Source: Gemmatimonadales bacterium
Lineage (GTDB): Bacteria > Gemmatimonadota > Gemmatimonadetes > Gemmatimonadales > GWC2-71-9
DNA length: 64,000 bases
Direction of reading: 5' to 3'
Assembly: GCA_036004525.1 (NCBI GenBank)
Contig: DASYRJ010000017.1
Coordinates: 3,853-67,852, forward strand
Both the position numbers and the translations under genes were made by a program. Position 1 is the first letter of the stretch, and every line of letters begins with the position of its first letter. Shown piece by piece: positions 1-8,474 of this stretch. The notes beneath the pieces are model-generated. The model saw nothing but the letters and a program-made list of their open reading frames with translations, made no database searches and was not told where the DNA came from.

Positions 1-20
1 TTATGCAACAAGATGCATAA
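1..20. promoter_or_regulatory. AT-rich inverted repeat TTATGCA-N6-TGCATAA, possible operator upstream of the sugar-oxidation operon
   Basis: Perfect 7-bp arms in an otherwise GC-rich window; truncated by the window edge. Confidence 0.35.
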
Positions 21-68
21 ACATACAGCCCGCTCGTGACCGGTGTCAACGCCCCCGGGAGGCTCGGC

Positions 69-662
69 ATGAATCGGCGCGATTGGCTCACGGTGTTCGG
101 GGCGGCGCTGGTGGTGCCCCTCCCCCTCCCCCACGACCTCCTCGCCCTGGGCCGCCGGCTGCGCGCCCGCGCCACGCCGGCGGGGGGAGCGCCGCTGCAG
201 GTCCTGAGCCCGCAGCAGAGCGAGCTGGTAGCGACGATTGCCGAGCTGATCATTCCGCAGACCGACACGCCGGGAGCGCGCGGCGCGGGGGTCCCCCAGT
301 TCATCGACCTGGCGCTCGCCGAATGGCTCGACATCGACGACCGCCAGCGGTTCCTGGCCGGCCTGGCGGAGGTGGACGCGCGCAGCCGCAAAGCGTTCGG
401 CCACGAGTTTACCGCCTGCACGCCCCAGCAACAGACCGACTTCCTCACGCTGCTCGACGCCGAGGTGGCCGGTCTCCGGGATGCCGACAAACAAGGCACG
501 CACCGCGAGCCCACCCCGTCGCAAGGCTTCTTCCGCATGATGAAACGGCTGACGCTGTTCGGCTATTTCACGTCGGAGGTGGGAGTCACCGAGGAGCTGC
601 ATAACCCGATCATCCCGGGCCGGTACGACGGCTGCGTCCTGCTCGAACAGAGAGGGAAATAG
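69..662 (+). CDS. Gluconate 2-dehydrogenase subunit 3 family (Tat hitch-hiker subunit of a GMC dehydrogenase)
   Basis: MNRRD Tat-like N-terminus; IIPxTDTPGA, FF..MKRLTL.GYFTSEVG motifs; directly upstream of a GMC gene; ATG 69 preferred over GTG 36. Confidence 0.85.
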   Translation: MNRRDWLTVFGAALVVPLPLPHDLLALGRRLRARATPAGGAPLQVLSPQQSELVATIAELIIPQTDTPGARGAGVPQFIDLALAEWLDIDDRQRFLAGLAEVDARSRKAFGHEFTACTPQQQTDFLTLLDAEVAGLRDADKQGTHREPTPSQGFFRMMKRLTLFGYFTSEVGVTEELHNPIIPGRYDGCVLLEQRGK

Positions 663-664
663 CC

Positions 665-2329
665 ATGCCCGCTAAGACGTACGACGCGATCGTCGTCGGC
701 TCGGGAATCAGCGGCGGGTGGGCCGCCAAGGAGCTGTGCGAGCGTGGGCTCAACACGCTGGTGCTCGAAGCGGGCCGGCCGATCAATCCCGAGACCGATT
801 ACGTGGAGCACGTCCCGGTGTGGGAGATGAAGTTCCGAGGCCAGGGCGATCGGAAGGCCCGGATGGCGACGCAGCCGATCCAGCAGCAGTGTTATGCCTG
901 CGATGAGATGGCCTACAAGTTCTTCGTGAACGACCTGGAAAACCCCTATACCACGCCCGAGGGCAAGCCGTTCTCCTGGATCCGCGGACGCCAGGTGGGC
1001 GGCCGCTCCATCATGTGGGGCCGTCAGGTGTACCGCTGGAGCGACCTCGACTTCGAGGCCAACGTCAAGGAAGGCATCGGCGTCGATTGGCCGATCCGCT
1101 ATGCCGACATCGCGCCGTGGTACGACCACGTGGAAGAGTTCGTGGGGATCACGGGCCAGGCCGAAGGGCTGCCGCAGCTCCCCGATGGCAAGTTCCTGCC
1201 CCCGATGCAGCTCAATTGCGCCGAGCAAGTCGTCAAGGACGGCATGGCGAAGCATTTCGGCCGCGAGCGCATCCTCACCATCGGGCGCGCGGCGGTGCTC
1301 ACGCAGGATCACCGCGGCCGCTCAGCGTGCCACTACTGCGGCCCCTGCCACCGCGGCTGCATCACGCGGTCGTATTTCTCGAGCGTGAACGCGACGCTCC
1401 CGGCGGCGCGGGCGACGGGCCGGCTGACGCTGCGACCCTACAGCGTGGTGCACAGCGTGATCTACGATGCCAAGACGGGCAAGGCCACCGGCGTCCGGGT
1501 GGTCGACGGCCAGACCAAACACGCGCTCGAGTTCAAGGGCCGCATCATCTTCCTCTGCGCCTCGACCCTCGAGTCCGCTCGCATCCTGCTCAACTCGGGG
1601 ATCGCGAATTCGAGCGGGCAGCTGGGCAAGAACCTGATGGACCACATCATGGGCGGAGGGGCGAACGGGCGCATCGACGCCCCCGCCGACAAGATCGACT
1701 TCGGGCAGCGTCCCAACGGCATCTACGTCCCGCGCTTCCGGAACGTGACGGACCAGTCGAAGGATTTCGTGCGCGGCTACGGATTCCAGGGCGGCGGCGG
1801 GCGGGGTGACTGGGGCCGCGGGAGCGACATGATGGGGTTCGGCGCCGACTTCAAGAAGGAGCTGCGCAAACCCGGCCCCTGGGGCTTCGGCTTCTACGGC
1901 TTCGGCGAGATGCTGCCGCGGCCCGAGAACTACTGCGAGATCGACAAGACCAAGGTGGACGCGTGGGGCATCCCGGTGCTCAGGATCAGCTGCGCGTACG
2001 GCGAGAACGAGAAGAAGCTGCTCAACGACATGGCCATCACCGCCGCGGAGATGCTCGCCGCCGTGGGGGCGCACGAGGTCGAGCCCTTCACGAGCGACAA
2101 TCCGCCAGGGCTCGTGATCCATGAGATGGGGACCGCGCGCATGGGGCGCGATCCGAAGACCTCGGTCTTGAACGGTAACAACCAATGCTGGGACGTGAAG
2201 AACGTGTTCGTGACGGACGGCGCGTGCATGGCGTCCACGGCGTGCCAGAATCCATCCATTACCTACATGGCGCTCACGGCGCGCGCGGCCGCATTCGCCG
2301 TGGACGCGATGAAACGGAGGGAGCTATGA
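665..2329 (+). CDS. GMC family FAD oxidoreductase (glycoside 3-dehydrogenase large subunit-like)
   Basis: YDAIVVGSGISGG FAD motif, CHYCGPCHRGC Fe-S motif, HEMGTARMG, QNPSITYMALTAR. Confidence 0.9.
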   Translation: MPAKTYDAIVVGSGISGGWAAKELCERGLNTLVLEAGRPINPETDYVEHVPVWEMKFRGQGDRKARMATQPIQQQCYACDEMAYKFFVNDLENPYTTPEGKPFSWIRGRQVGGRSIMWGRQVYRWSDLDFEANVKEGIGVDWPIRYADIAPWYDHVEEFVGITGQAEGLPQLPDGKFLPPMQLNCAEQVVKDGMAKHFGRERILTIGRAAVLTQDHRGRSACHYCGPCHRGCITRSYFSSVNATLPAARATGRLTLRPYSVVHSVIYDAKTGKATGVRVVDGQTKHALEFKGRIIFLCASTLESARILLNSGIANSSGQLGKNLMDHIMGGGANGRIDAPADKIDFGQRPNGIYVPRFRNVTDQSKDFVRGYGFQGGGGRGDWGRGSDMMGFGADFKKELRKPGPWGFGFYGFGEMLPRPENYCEIDKTKVDAWGIPVLRISCAYGENEKKLLNDMAITAAEMLAAVGAHEVEPFTSDNPPGLVIHEMGTARMGRDPKTSVLNGNNQCWDVKNVFVTDGACMASTACQNPSITYMALTARAAAFAVDAMKRREL

Positions 2330-2335
2330 ACGGCA

Positions 2336-2367
2336 GGTATCGGGTGTCGGGTATCGGGGGTCGGGTA
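2336..2367 (+). repeat. Tandem heptamer TCGGGT(A/G) array, single arm
   Basis: gta tcgggtg tcgggta tcggggg tcgggta between two genes; same unit at 49697, 49931 and 61749. Confidence 0.8.
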
Positions 2368-3203
2368 TGATGGACCGGCGCACGTTTCTCCAAGCCGCCG
2401 GCGGCGCGGCGCTCGCGACGGTCGCACACCGCGTACCGCTCCCTGCGCACCGCGCACGCCTCGAGAAGATCGGTCTCCAGCTCTACACGGTGCGGGATCT
2501 GATGAAGAAGGACGTCGAGGGCACCCTGGCGGCGGTGGCGGCGGCGGGATACACGGAGGTCGAGTTCGCGGGCTACTTCGACAAGAGTCCCGCCGACATC
2601 CGGGCAATGCTGGACCGCCACGGGCTGACCGCTCCGTCGGTGCACACGGGAGACATCGCCCCTGATGCCTGGGCGAAGGCGCTCGACGCGGCCAAGGTCA
2701 TCGGGCACCAGTACATCGTCGTGCCATGGATCCCCGAGGGACGGCGCAAGACCTTGGCCGATTGGAAGGCCGTGGGGGCTGACTTCAACCGGGCGGCCGC
2801 AGCCGCCAAGGCCGCCGGCGTGCAATTCGCTTATCACAATCACGACTTCGAATTCCCGCTCGTAGAAGGGCGCATCCCGTACGACGTGCTCCTCGCCGAG
2901 ACGGATCCCACTCTGGTGCAACTCGAGATCGACCTGTATTGGATCACCAAAGGCGGCCAGGATCCGCTGGCCTACTTCGCCCGCTGGCCCGGCCGCGTGC
3001 CGCTCGTGCACGTGAAGGACTCGCTCGGCCCGCCGGACAACAAGATGGTGGATGTCGGCGCCGGAAAGATCGACTGGAAGCGCATCTTCGCGCGGAGCGG
3101 CCAGGCAGGGATCAAGCACTACTTCGTGGAGCACGATCAGCCGGCTGACCCGATCGCGTCCATCAAGGCCAGTTGCGCATACCTGAAGCAGCTGGAGTTC
3201 TAG
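2367..3203 (+). CDS. Sugar phosphate isomerase/epimerase (AP-endonuclease-2 TIM barrel), Tat-exported
   Basis: MDRRTFL Tat motif; GLQLYTVR, YHNHDFEF, EIDLYW, HVKD, FVEHD. Confidence 0.88.
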   Translation: MMDRRTFLQAAGGAALATVAHRVPLPAHRARLEKIGLQLYTVRDLMKKDVEGTLAAVAAAGYTEVEFAGYFDKSPADIRAMLDRHGLTAPSVHTGDIAPDAWAKALDAAKVIGHQYIVVPWIPEGRRKTLADWKAVGADFNRAAAAAKAAGVQFAYHNHDFEFPLVEGRIPYDVLLAETDPTLVQLEIDLYWITKGGQDPLAYFARWPGRVPLVHVKDSLGPPDNKMVDVGAGKIDWKRIFARSGQAGIKHYFVEHDQPADPIASIKASCAYLKQLEF

Positions 3204-3205
3204 AC

Positions 3206-4066
3206 GTGCGGCGGCGCGCGTTGATCGGAGCGGTTGGGGCAGCCTTCGTTGGTTCCCACGCTGAAGCGTGGGCTCGGCGCGGCGTGGCCCTGAAGGGCGC
3301 CGCTGGCCGGCTCAAGCAGTCGGTCTCGCGCTGGCCGTACTCGCGCATCCCGCTTCCTGAATTCTGCCGCGCCTGCGCCGCCATGGGCCTCGCGGCGATC
3401 GATCTCCTGCAGCCCGAGGACTGGCCCGTCGTGCGCGAGCACGGGCTGGTGTCGTCGATGGGTTATCCGACCAAGCGGCGCGATTTCATCCCCACCGGGT
3501 TCAACGACCGCGCCAATCACGCGATGCTGCTCAAGGAGCTCGAGGACACGATCCCGCTCGCCGCGCGGGCGGGCGTGCCGAACGTCATCGCGATGTTCGG
3601 CAACCGAAAAGGCAAGAGCGATGCCGAAGGCATTGACGCCTGCATCGAAGGACTCAGCAAGATCAAGGCGCTCGCCGAGGAGCAGAAGGTGACGGTGTGT
3701 GTCGAGCTGCTCAACAGCAAGGTCGACCACGCCGACTACCAGGGCGATCACACGGCGTTCGGCGTCGCCGTGGTCAAGGCCGTCGGCTCGCCGCGTGTGA
3801 AGCTGCTGTACGACATCTATCACATGCAAATCATGGAAGGCGACATCATCCGCACCATCCGCGACAACCGCGAGTACATTGCCCACTTCCACACGGGCGG
3901 CGTGCCCGGCCGCCACGAGCTGGACGGCACGCAGGAGCTGAACTGGCACGCCGTCGCGGCCGCCATCGCCGACACCGGCTTCCAGGGATACGTGGCGCAC
4001 GAATTCGTCCCGAGCCGCGACCCGCTGCGCTCCCTGCGCGAGGCCATGGAGACTTGCACCGTATGA
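3206..4066 (+). CDS. Hydroxypyruvate isomerase-like TIM barrel protein, Tat-exported
   Basis: RRRALIG leader; ELLNSKVDH.DY, KLLYDIYHMQIMEGD, HFHTGGVPGRHE; start uncertain. Confidence 0.85.
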   Translation: MRRRALIGAVGAAFVGSHAEAWARRGVALKGAAGRLKQSVSRWPYSRIPLPEFCRACAAMGLAAIDLLQPEDWPVVREHGLVSSMGYPTKRRDFIPTGFNDRANHAMLLKELEDTIPLAARAGVPNVIAMFGNRKGKSDAEGIDACIEGLSKIKALAEEQKVTVCVELLNSKVDHADYQGDHTAFGVAVVKAVGSPRVKLLYDIYHMQIMEGDIIRTIRDNREYIAHFHTGGVPGRHELDGTQELNWHAVAAAIADTGFQGYVAHEFVPSRDPLRSLREAMETCTV

Positions 4067-5793
4067 ACCGGATACCGACCATGCGACCGCCCCAGTCCTC
4101 AACCCCCAGTCCCCAGTCCCGGGTCTACGACGTCTGCATCGTCGGCTCCGGCGCCGGCGGCGGCATGGCCGCCTACGCGCTCACGAAGGCGGGCGCCGAC
4201 GTCATCGTCCTCGAGGCCGGGAGACCGTGGGACAACGCGACCGACTCGGCGATGCTCACCTGGCCGTACGAGTCGCCGCGCCGCGGCAAGTCGACGCCGG
4301 AGCGGCCCTTCGGGGAGTTCGACGCCTGCATCGGCGGCTGGGACATCGACGGCGAGCCCTACACGCGCGCGCCCGGCACCGAGTTCCGGTGGTGGCGGGC
4401 CCGCATGGTCGGCGGCCGCACCAACCATTGGGGCCGGATCTCGCTGCGCTTCGGCCCCTACGATTTCAAGCGAAAGAGCCGCGACGGCCTGGGCGACGAC
4501 TGGCCGATCGGGTACGAGGACGTCGCGCCCTACTACGACAAAGTCGACCGGCTGATCGGGATCTTCGGCAGCAAGGAAGGCCTCCCCAACGAGCCGGACG
4601 GCGTGTTCCAGCCGCCCCCGAAGCCGCGCTGCTACGAGCTGCTGGTCAAGCAGGCCGCCGACCGGCTGCACGTCACGTGCATTCCCGCACGGCTCTCGAT
4701 CATCACGCGGCCGCTCAACGGCCGTGCCGCGTGCCATTACTGCGGCCAGTGCAACCGGGGTTGCAAGGTGAACGCGAACTTCACGTCCACCAACGTGCTG
4801 ATCGCGCCGGCCCGCGCGACCGGCAAGCTGACCCTGGTGACGAACGCCATGGCGCGCGAGGTGACCGTGGATCGGGCGGGCCGGGCCACGGGCGTCGCCT
4901 ACGTGGACAAGGCGACCGGGACCGACCAGCACGTCCGCGCCCGCGTGGTCGTGCTCGCCGCCAGCGCCCTGGAGTCGGCCCGGCTGCTGCTCAACTCGAA
5001 ATCGGCGCTGTTCCCCAACGGCCTGGCGAACGCGAGCGGGACCGTCGGCAAGTACATCACCGACACGACGGGGACGGACGTCGCCGGGTTCGTTCCCAAG
5101 ATGATGGACCACGTCCCGCACAACCACGACGGCGTGGGCGGCATGCACCTCTACATGCCGTGGTGGCTCGACAACAAGACGCTCGACTTCCCGCGCGGCT
5201 ATCACATCGAGGTGTGGGGCGGCGCCGGCATGCCCGGGTACGGCTTCATGGGCGGCATCCACCGCTACCCGCCGGGCGGCGGCTACGGCAAGGACCTGAA
5301 GAACGACTACCGGCGCTACTACGGCGCCACGGTCGGCTTCTCGGGCCGGGGCGAGATGATCCCCAACGACGACACCTATTGCGAGATCGATCCGCGCACC
5401 GTGGACCGCTGGGGGATCCCGGTGCTGCGCTTCCACTGGAAGTGGACGGACCACGAATACAACCAGGTGAAGCACATGCAGGAGACGTTCCGGGCGCTCG
5501 TCGCGGAAATGGGAGGCGAAGTGTTCTCGCCCATGCCGACGGCCGAGCAGGGCTACGGCATCGCGGCCGGCGGCACGATCATCCACGAGCTGGGCGGCAC
5601 GCGCATGGGAGACGACCCGAAGACGTCGGTGGTGAACCGCTGGGGCCAGGCACACGACTGCAAGAACCTGTTCGTGGCCGACGGCGGGCCGTTCGTGTCG
5701 CAGGCCGACAAGAACCCGACGTGGACCATCCTCGCGCTGTCGCTCAGGACCAGCGAGTACATCGCCGACCAGATGAAGAAAGGGGGGGTGTGA
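4063..5793 (+). CDS. Second GMC family oxidoreductase
   Basis: YDVCIVGSGAGGG, RARMVGGRTNHWGR, CHYCGQCNRGC, HELGGTRMG, KNPTWTI; ATG 4063 overlaps the upstream stop. Confidence 0.9.
   Translation: MNRIPTMRPPQSSTPSPQSRVYDVCIVGSGAGGGMAAYALTKAGADVIVLEAGRPWDNATDSAMLTWPYESPRRGKSTPERPFGEFDACIGGWDIDGEPYTRAPGTEFRWWRARMVGGRTNHWGRISLRFGPYDFKRKSRDGLGDDWPIGYEDVAPYYDKVDRLIGIFGSKEGLPNEPDGVFQPPPKPRCYELLVKQAADRLHVTCIPARLSIITRPLNGRAACHYCGQCNRGCKVNANFTSTNVLIAPARATGKLTLVTNAMAREVTVDRAGRATGVAYVDKATGTDQHVRARVVVLAASALESARLLLNSKSALFPNGLANASGTVGKYITDTTGTDVAGFVPKMMDHVPHNHDGVGGMHLYMPWWLDNKTLDFPRGYHIEVWGGAGMPGYGFMGGIHRYPPGGGYGKDLKNDYRRYYGATVGFSGRGEMIPNDDTYCEIDPRTVDRWGIPVLRFHWKWTDHEYNQVKHMQETFRALVAEMGGEVFSPMPTAEQGYGIAAGGTIIHELGGTRMGDDPKTSVVNRWGQAHDCKNLFVADGGPFVSQADKNPTWTILALSLRTSEYIADQMKKGGV
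4091..4120 (+). repeat. Tandem heptamer CCCAGTC in the N-terminal coding region of the GMC gene
   Basis: cccagtc ctcaacc cccagtc cccagtc cc, read as PQSSTPSPQS. Confidence 0.65.
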
Positions 5794-6416
5794 TGGCGGA
5801 CGGACGGAAGGGCGGACGGGCGGACGGAATGACCCGGCGAGAAGCGGTTCATCTCCTCGCGATCGCTCCCGTGGCGGCGGCATTCCAGTGGGCGCCCGCC
5901 GCGGTGCGCGGCGCCGCGCTCTCGGCACGCGAGGCGCTCAAGCGTGGCGCCCTGTATGAGCCCAAGAACTTCACCGCCCACGAGTGGGAGACGGTGCGCA
6001 TGCTGGTGGACCTGATCATTCCCAGGGACGCCCGCTCCGGCAGCGCCACCGATGCCGGCGTGCCCGAGTTCATGGACTTCATGCTGGGCGACGACCGGGA
6101 CCTCGAGACGCCCGTGCGGGGCGGGCTCGCCTGGCTCGACCACGAGTGCGACGACCGCTACGGCAAGACGTTCGTGACCGCGACCGATGCCGAGCGCGCC
6201 GCGCTACTCGACGACATCGCCTGGCCGAAGAAGGCGAAGCCGGAGCATGCCGCGGGCGTCGCCTTCTTCACCAGCTTCCGGAACCTGACCGCGTCGGGCT
6301 TCTGGTCCAGCAAGATGGGGATCGAGGACCTGCAATACCAGGGCAACACCTTCGTCCCGGAGTGGCGGGGATGCCCGCCCGAGGCGTTGGCGAAGCTCGG
6401 GGTGCGCTACCCGTGA
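5793..6416 (+). CDS. Gluconate 2-dehydrogenase subunit 3 family, Tat-exported
   Basis: MTRREAV Tat motif; LIIPRDARSGSATDAGVPEFMD, FF..FRNLTASGFWSS; start 5793 or 5829. Confidence 0.85.
   Translation: MADGRKGGRADGMTRREAVHLLAIAPVAAAFQWAPAAVRGAALSAREALKRGALYEPKNFTAHEWETVRMLVDLIIPRDARSGSATDAGVPEFMDFMLGDDRDLETPVRGGLAWLDHECDDRYGKTFVTATDAERAALLDDIAWPKKAKPEHAAGVAFFTSFRNLTASGFWSSKMGIEDLQYQGNTFVPEWRGCPPEALAKLGVRYP
5796..5828 (+). repeat. Tandem octamer GCGGACGG
   Basis: gcggacgg acggaagg gcggacgg gcggacgg; related units at about 21189 and, as reverse complement, at 47889. Confidence 0.7.
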
Positions 6417-7648
6417 AGCGACTCGGCGTGGGGTTCATCGGCAGCGGCTTCAACGCGCGGTTTCATCTGCAGGGCTTCACCACCATCCGGGACGCGGACG
6501 TCCTGGGGGTGTGGAGCCCCAATCACGCCCACGCCGCCGACACGGCGGCGCTGGCGCGCCGGCTCGACGTGGGGGAGGCCAAGCCGTTCCGGTCCATCGC
6601 GGAGATGGTGGCGGATCCGGTCATCGACGCGATCTGGCTGTGCGGCCCGAACTTCGCGCGTATCGAGAACGTGGAGGAGATCACTCACACCATTACCAGC
6701 GGGAAAGGCGCCCTGAAAGGGATCGCCTGCGAGAAGCCGCTCGCCCGCAACGTCGCCGAGGCGACCAAGGTCACGACCCTGGTCAAGGGCGCGGGGCTCA
6801 TGCACGGCTACCTCGAGAATCAGGCGTTCGCCCCCGCCGTCGAGCACGGCCGGCGGATCATCTGGGCGCGAGGCGCGTCGCTCACGGGCCGGCCCTACCT
6901 CGCGCGCGCCGCCGAGGAGCACAGCGGTCCCCACATGCCCTGGTTCTGGCAGGGCAAGCTCCAGGGCGGCGGCGTCTTGAACGACATGATGTGCCATTCG
7001 TCGCTCGTGGTGCGGCTGTTGCTCACCAAGCCGGGCGCGCCCGCCTCGTCGCTGCGTCCGGCGCGCGTCACGGGTCACATCGCCAGCCTCAAGTGGAGCC
7101 GGCCCGAGTACGCCAAGAAGCTGGCCCAGGCGATGGGCAAGGACGTGGACTACACCAAGCATCCCTCGGAGGACTTCGCCAGCGTGCTGATCGAGTTCGA
7201 GGGAGAGGACGGCCGGCGAGTATTGGGGGAGGCCACCACCTCCTGGAGCTTCGTCGGTGCCGGGCTGCGCCTGTCGGCCGAGCTGCTCGGCCCCGAGTAC
7301 TCGATGTCGTGGAACTCGCTCGACAGCGGGCTGAAGCTGTTCTTCAGCCGGGAGGTCAAGGGACAGACGGGTGAGGACCTGGTCGAGAAGCAGAACGCGG
7401 AGATGGGGCTGATGCCGGTCGTCGCGAACGAGGCGGCGGCCTACGGGTACGACGCCGAGGACCGCCATTTCGTGCGGGTGTTTCTCGGCAAGGAGCGGCC
7501 GGCGCTGACGTTCGACGACGGGCTGGAGGTCGTGAAGGTGTTGATGACCGCCTACCAGAGCGCCGAGCTGGGGAAGACGCTCGATTTTCCGCCGCCGGGG
7601 ATCGAGACGTTCGTGCCGGCGGTCGCGAAGGGAACATGGAAACCATAG
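6413..7648 (+). CDS. Gfo/Idh/MocA family oxidoreductase
   Basis: GVGFIGSGFNA Rossmann fold, CEKPLA, GGGVLNDMMCH. Confidence 0.88.
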   Translation: MKRLGVGFIGSGFNARFHLQGFTTIRDADVLGVWSPNHAHAADTAALARRLDVGEAKPFRSIAEMVADPVIDAIWLCGPNFARIENVEEITHTITSGKGALKGIACEKPLARNVAEATKVTTLVKGAGLMHGYLENQAFAPAVEHGRRIIWARGASLTGRPYLARAAEEHSGPHMPWFWQGKLQGGGVLNDMMCHSSLVVRLLLTKPGAPASSLRPARVTGHIASLKWSRPEYAKKLAQAMGKDVDYTKHPSEDFASVLIEFEGEDGRRVLGEATTSWSFVGAGLRLSAELLGPEYSMSWNSLDSGLKLFFSREVKGQTGEDLVEKQNAEMGLMPVVANEAAAYGYDAEDRHFVRVFLGKERPALTFDDGLEVVKVLMTAYQSAELGKTLDFPPPGIETFVPAVAKGTWKP

Positions 7649-8469
7649 TGCGGGGTGCGGGGTGCGACGTGCGGCGTATCGGGGTTGGGTCCGAGGGCGA
7701 CGCCACGCCTCGGCGCTCGCCCTTAGACGCCGCACTCTGCGTTATCGGGATGCTCCTTCCAACGACCATGACTGCCCAGCAATGGCCCGTTCACTCGATG
7801 GACCGCCCCCGGCCACCGGTCGTGCAGCCGGGACCGGAGCAGCCGCCCGTGCCGCCACCGTCGGACGCGGTCGTGCTGTTCGATGGCAAGGACCTGTCGC
7901 AGTGGGTGGGCGGGGACAGCGCGCCAGCCAAGTGGCTCGTGAAGGACGGCTCCATGGAGGTCGTCGCCCGCACCGGAGCGATCATGACCAAACGGGCGTT
8001 CGGGTCGGTGCAGCTGCACATCGAGTGGCGGGCGCCGCTGCCCGCCACGGGCGAAGGGCAGGATCGTGGCAACAGCGGCGTCTTCCTGATGACCCACTAT
8101 GAGATCCAGGTACTCGACTCCTACCACAGCGACACGTACGCCGACGGCCAGGCGGCGGCGATGTACGGGCAAGTGCCGCCGCTCGTCAACGCAAGCCGCC
8201 CGCCCGGGCAGTGGCAGACGTACGACATCGTGTTCCACCGCCCGAGGTTCGCACCGGACGGCTCGGTGCTCTCGCCCGCGCGCGTCACCATGCTTCATAA
8301 CGGGGTGCTGGTACACGACAACGACTCGTTCACGGGGAGCACCGTGCACGGCCGGCGGGCGCAGTATTCTCCCCACGCCGACCGACTGCCGCTCGCGTTG
8401 CAGGATCACGGGCATCCTGTGAGGTATCGGAACATTTGGATCCGCGAGCTGTCCGACTCTCCCGAGTGA
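7636..8469 (+). CDS. DUF1080 (3-keto-disaccharide hydrolase) domain protein, secreted
   Basis: PPSDAVVLFDGKDLS.W, QLHIEW, GQDRGNSGVFL..YEIQVLD, LQDHGHPVRYRNIWIR; start uncertain (7636-7750). Confidence 0.85.
   Translation: METIVRGAGCDVRRIGVGSEGDATPRRSPLDAALCVIGMLLPTTMTAQQWPVHSMDRPRPPVVQPGPEQPPVPPPSDAVVLFDGKDLSQWVGGDSAPAKWLVKDGSMEVVARTGAIMTKRAFGSVQLHIEWRAPLPATGEGQDRGNSGVFLMTHYEIQVLDSYHSDTYADGQAAAMYGQVPPLVNASRPPGQWQTYDIVFHRPRFAPDGSVLSPARVTMLHNGVLVHDNDSFTGSTVHGRRAQYSPHADRLPLALQDHGHPVRYRNIWIRELSDSPE
7646..7677 (+). repeat. Tandem heptamer GTGCGGG element starting at a TAG stop
   Basis: tagtgcggggtgcggggtgcg (7646-7666) is identical to 42369-42389. Confidence 0.8.
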
Positions 8470-8474
8470 CTCCG

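Noticed and set aside
3697..6412. Extended ORF starts in the supplied track (3697, 4227, 5984) suggesting fusion proteins
   Set aside because: The upstream parts are off-frame overlaps of neighbouring genes; family motifs begin at 4063, 5793 and 6413.
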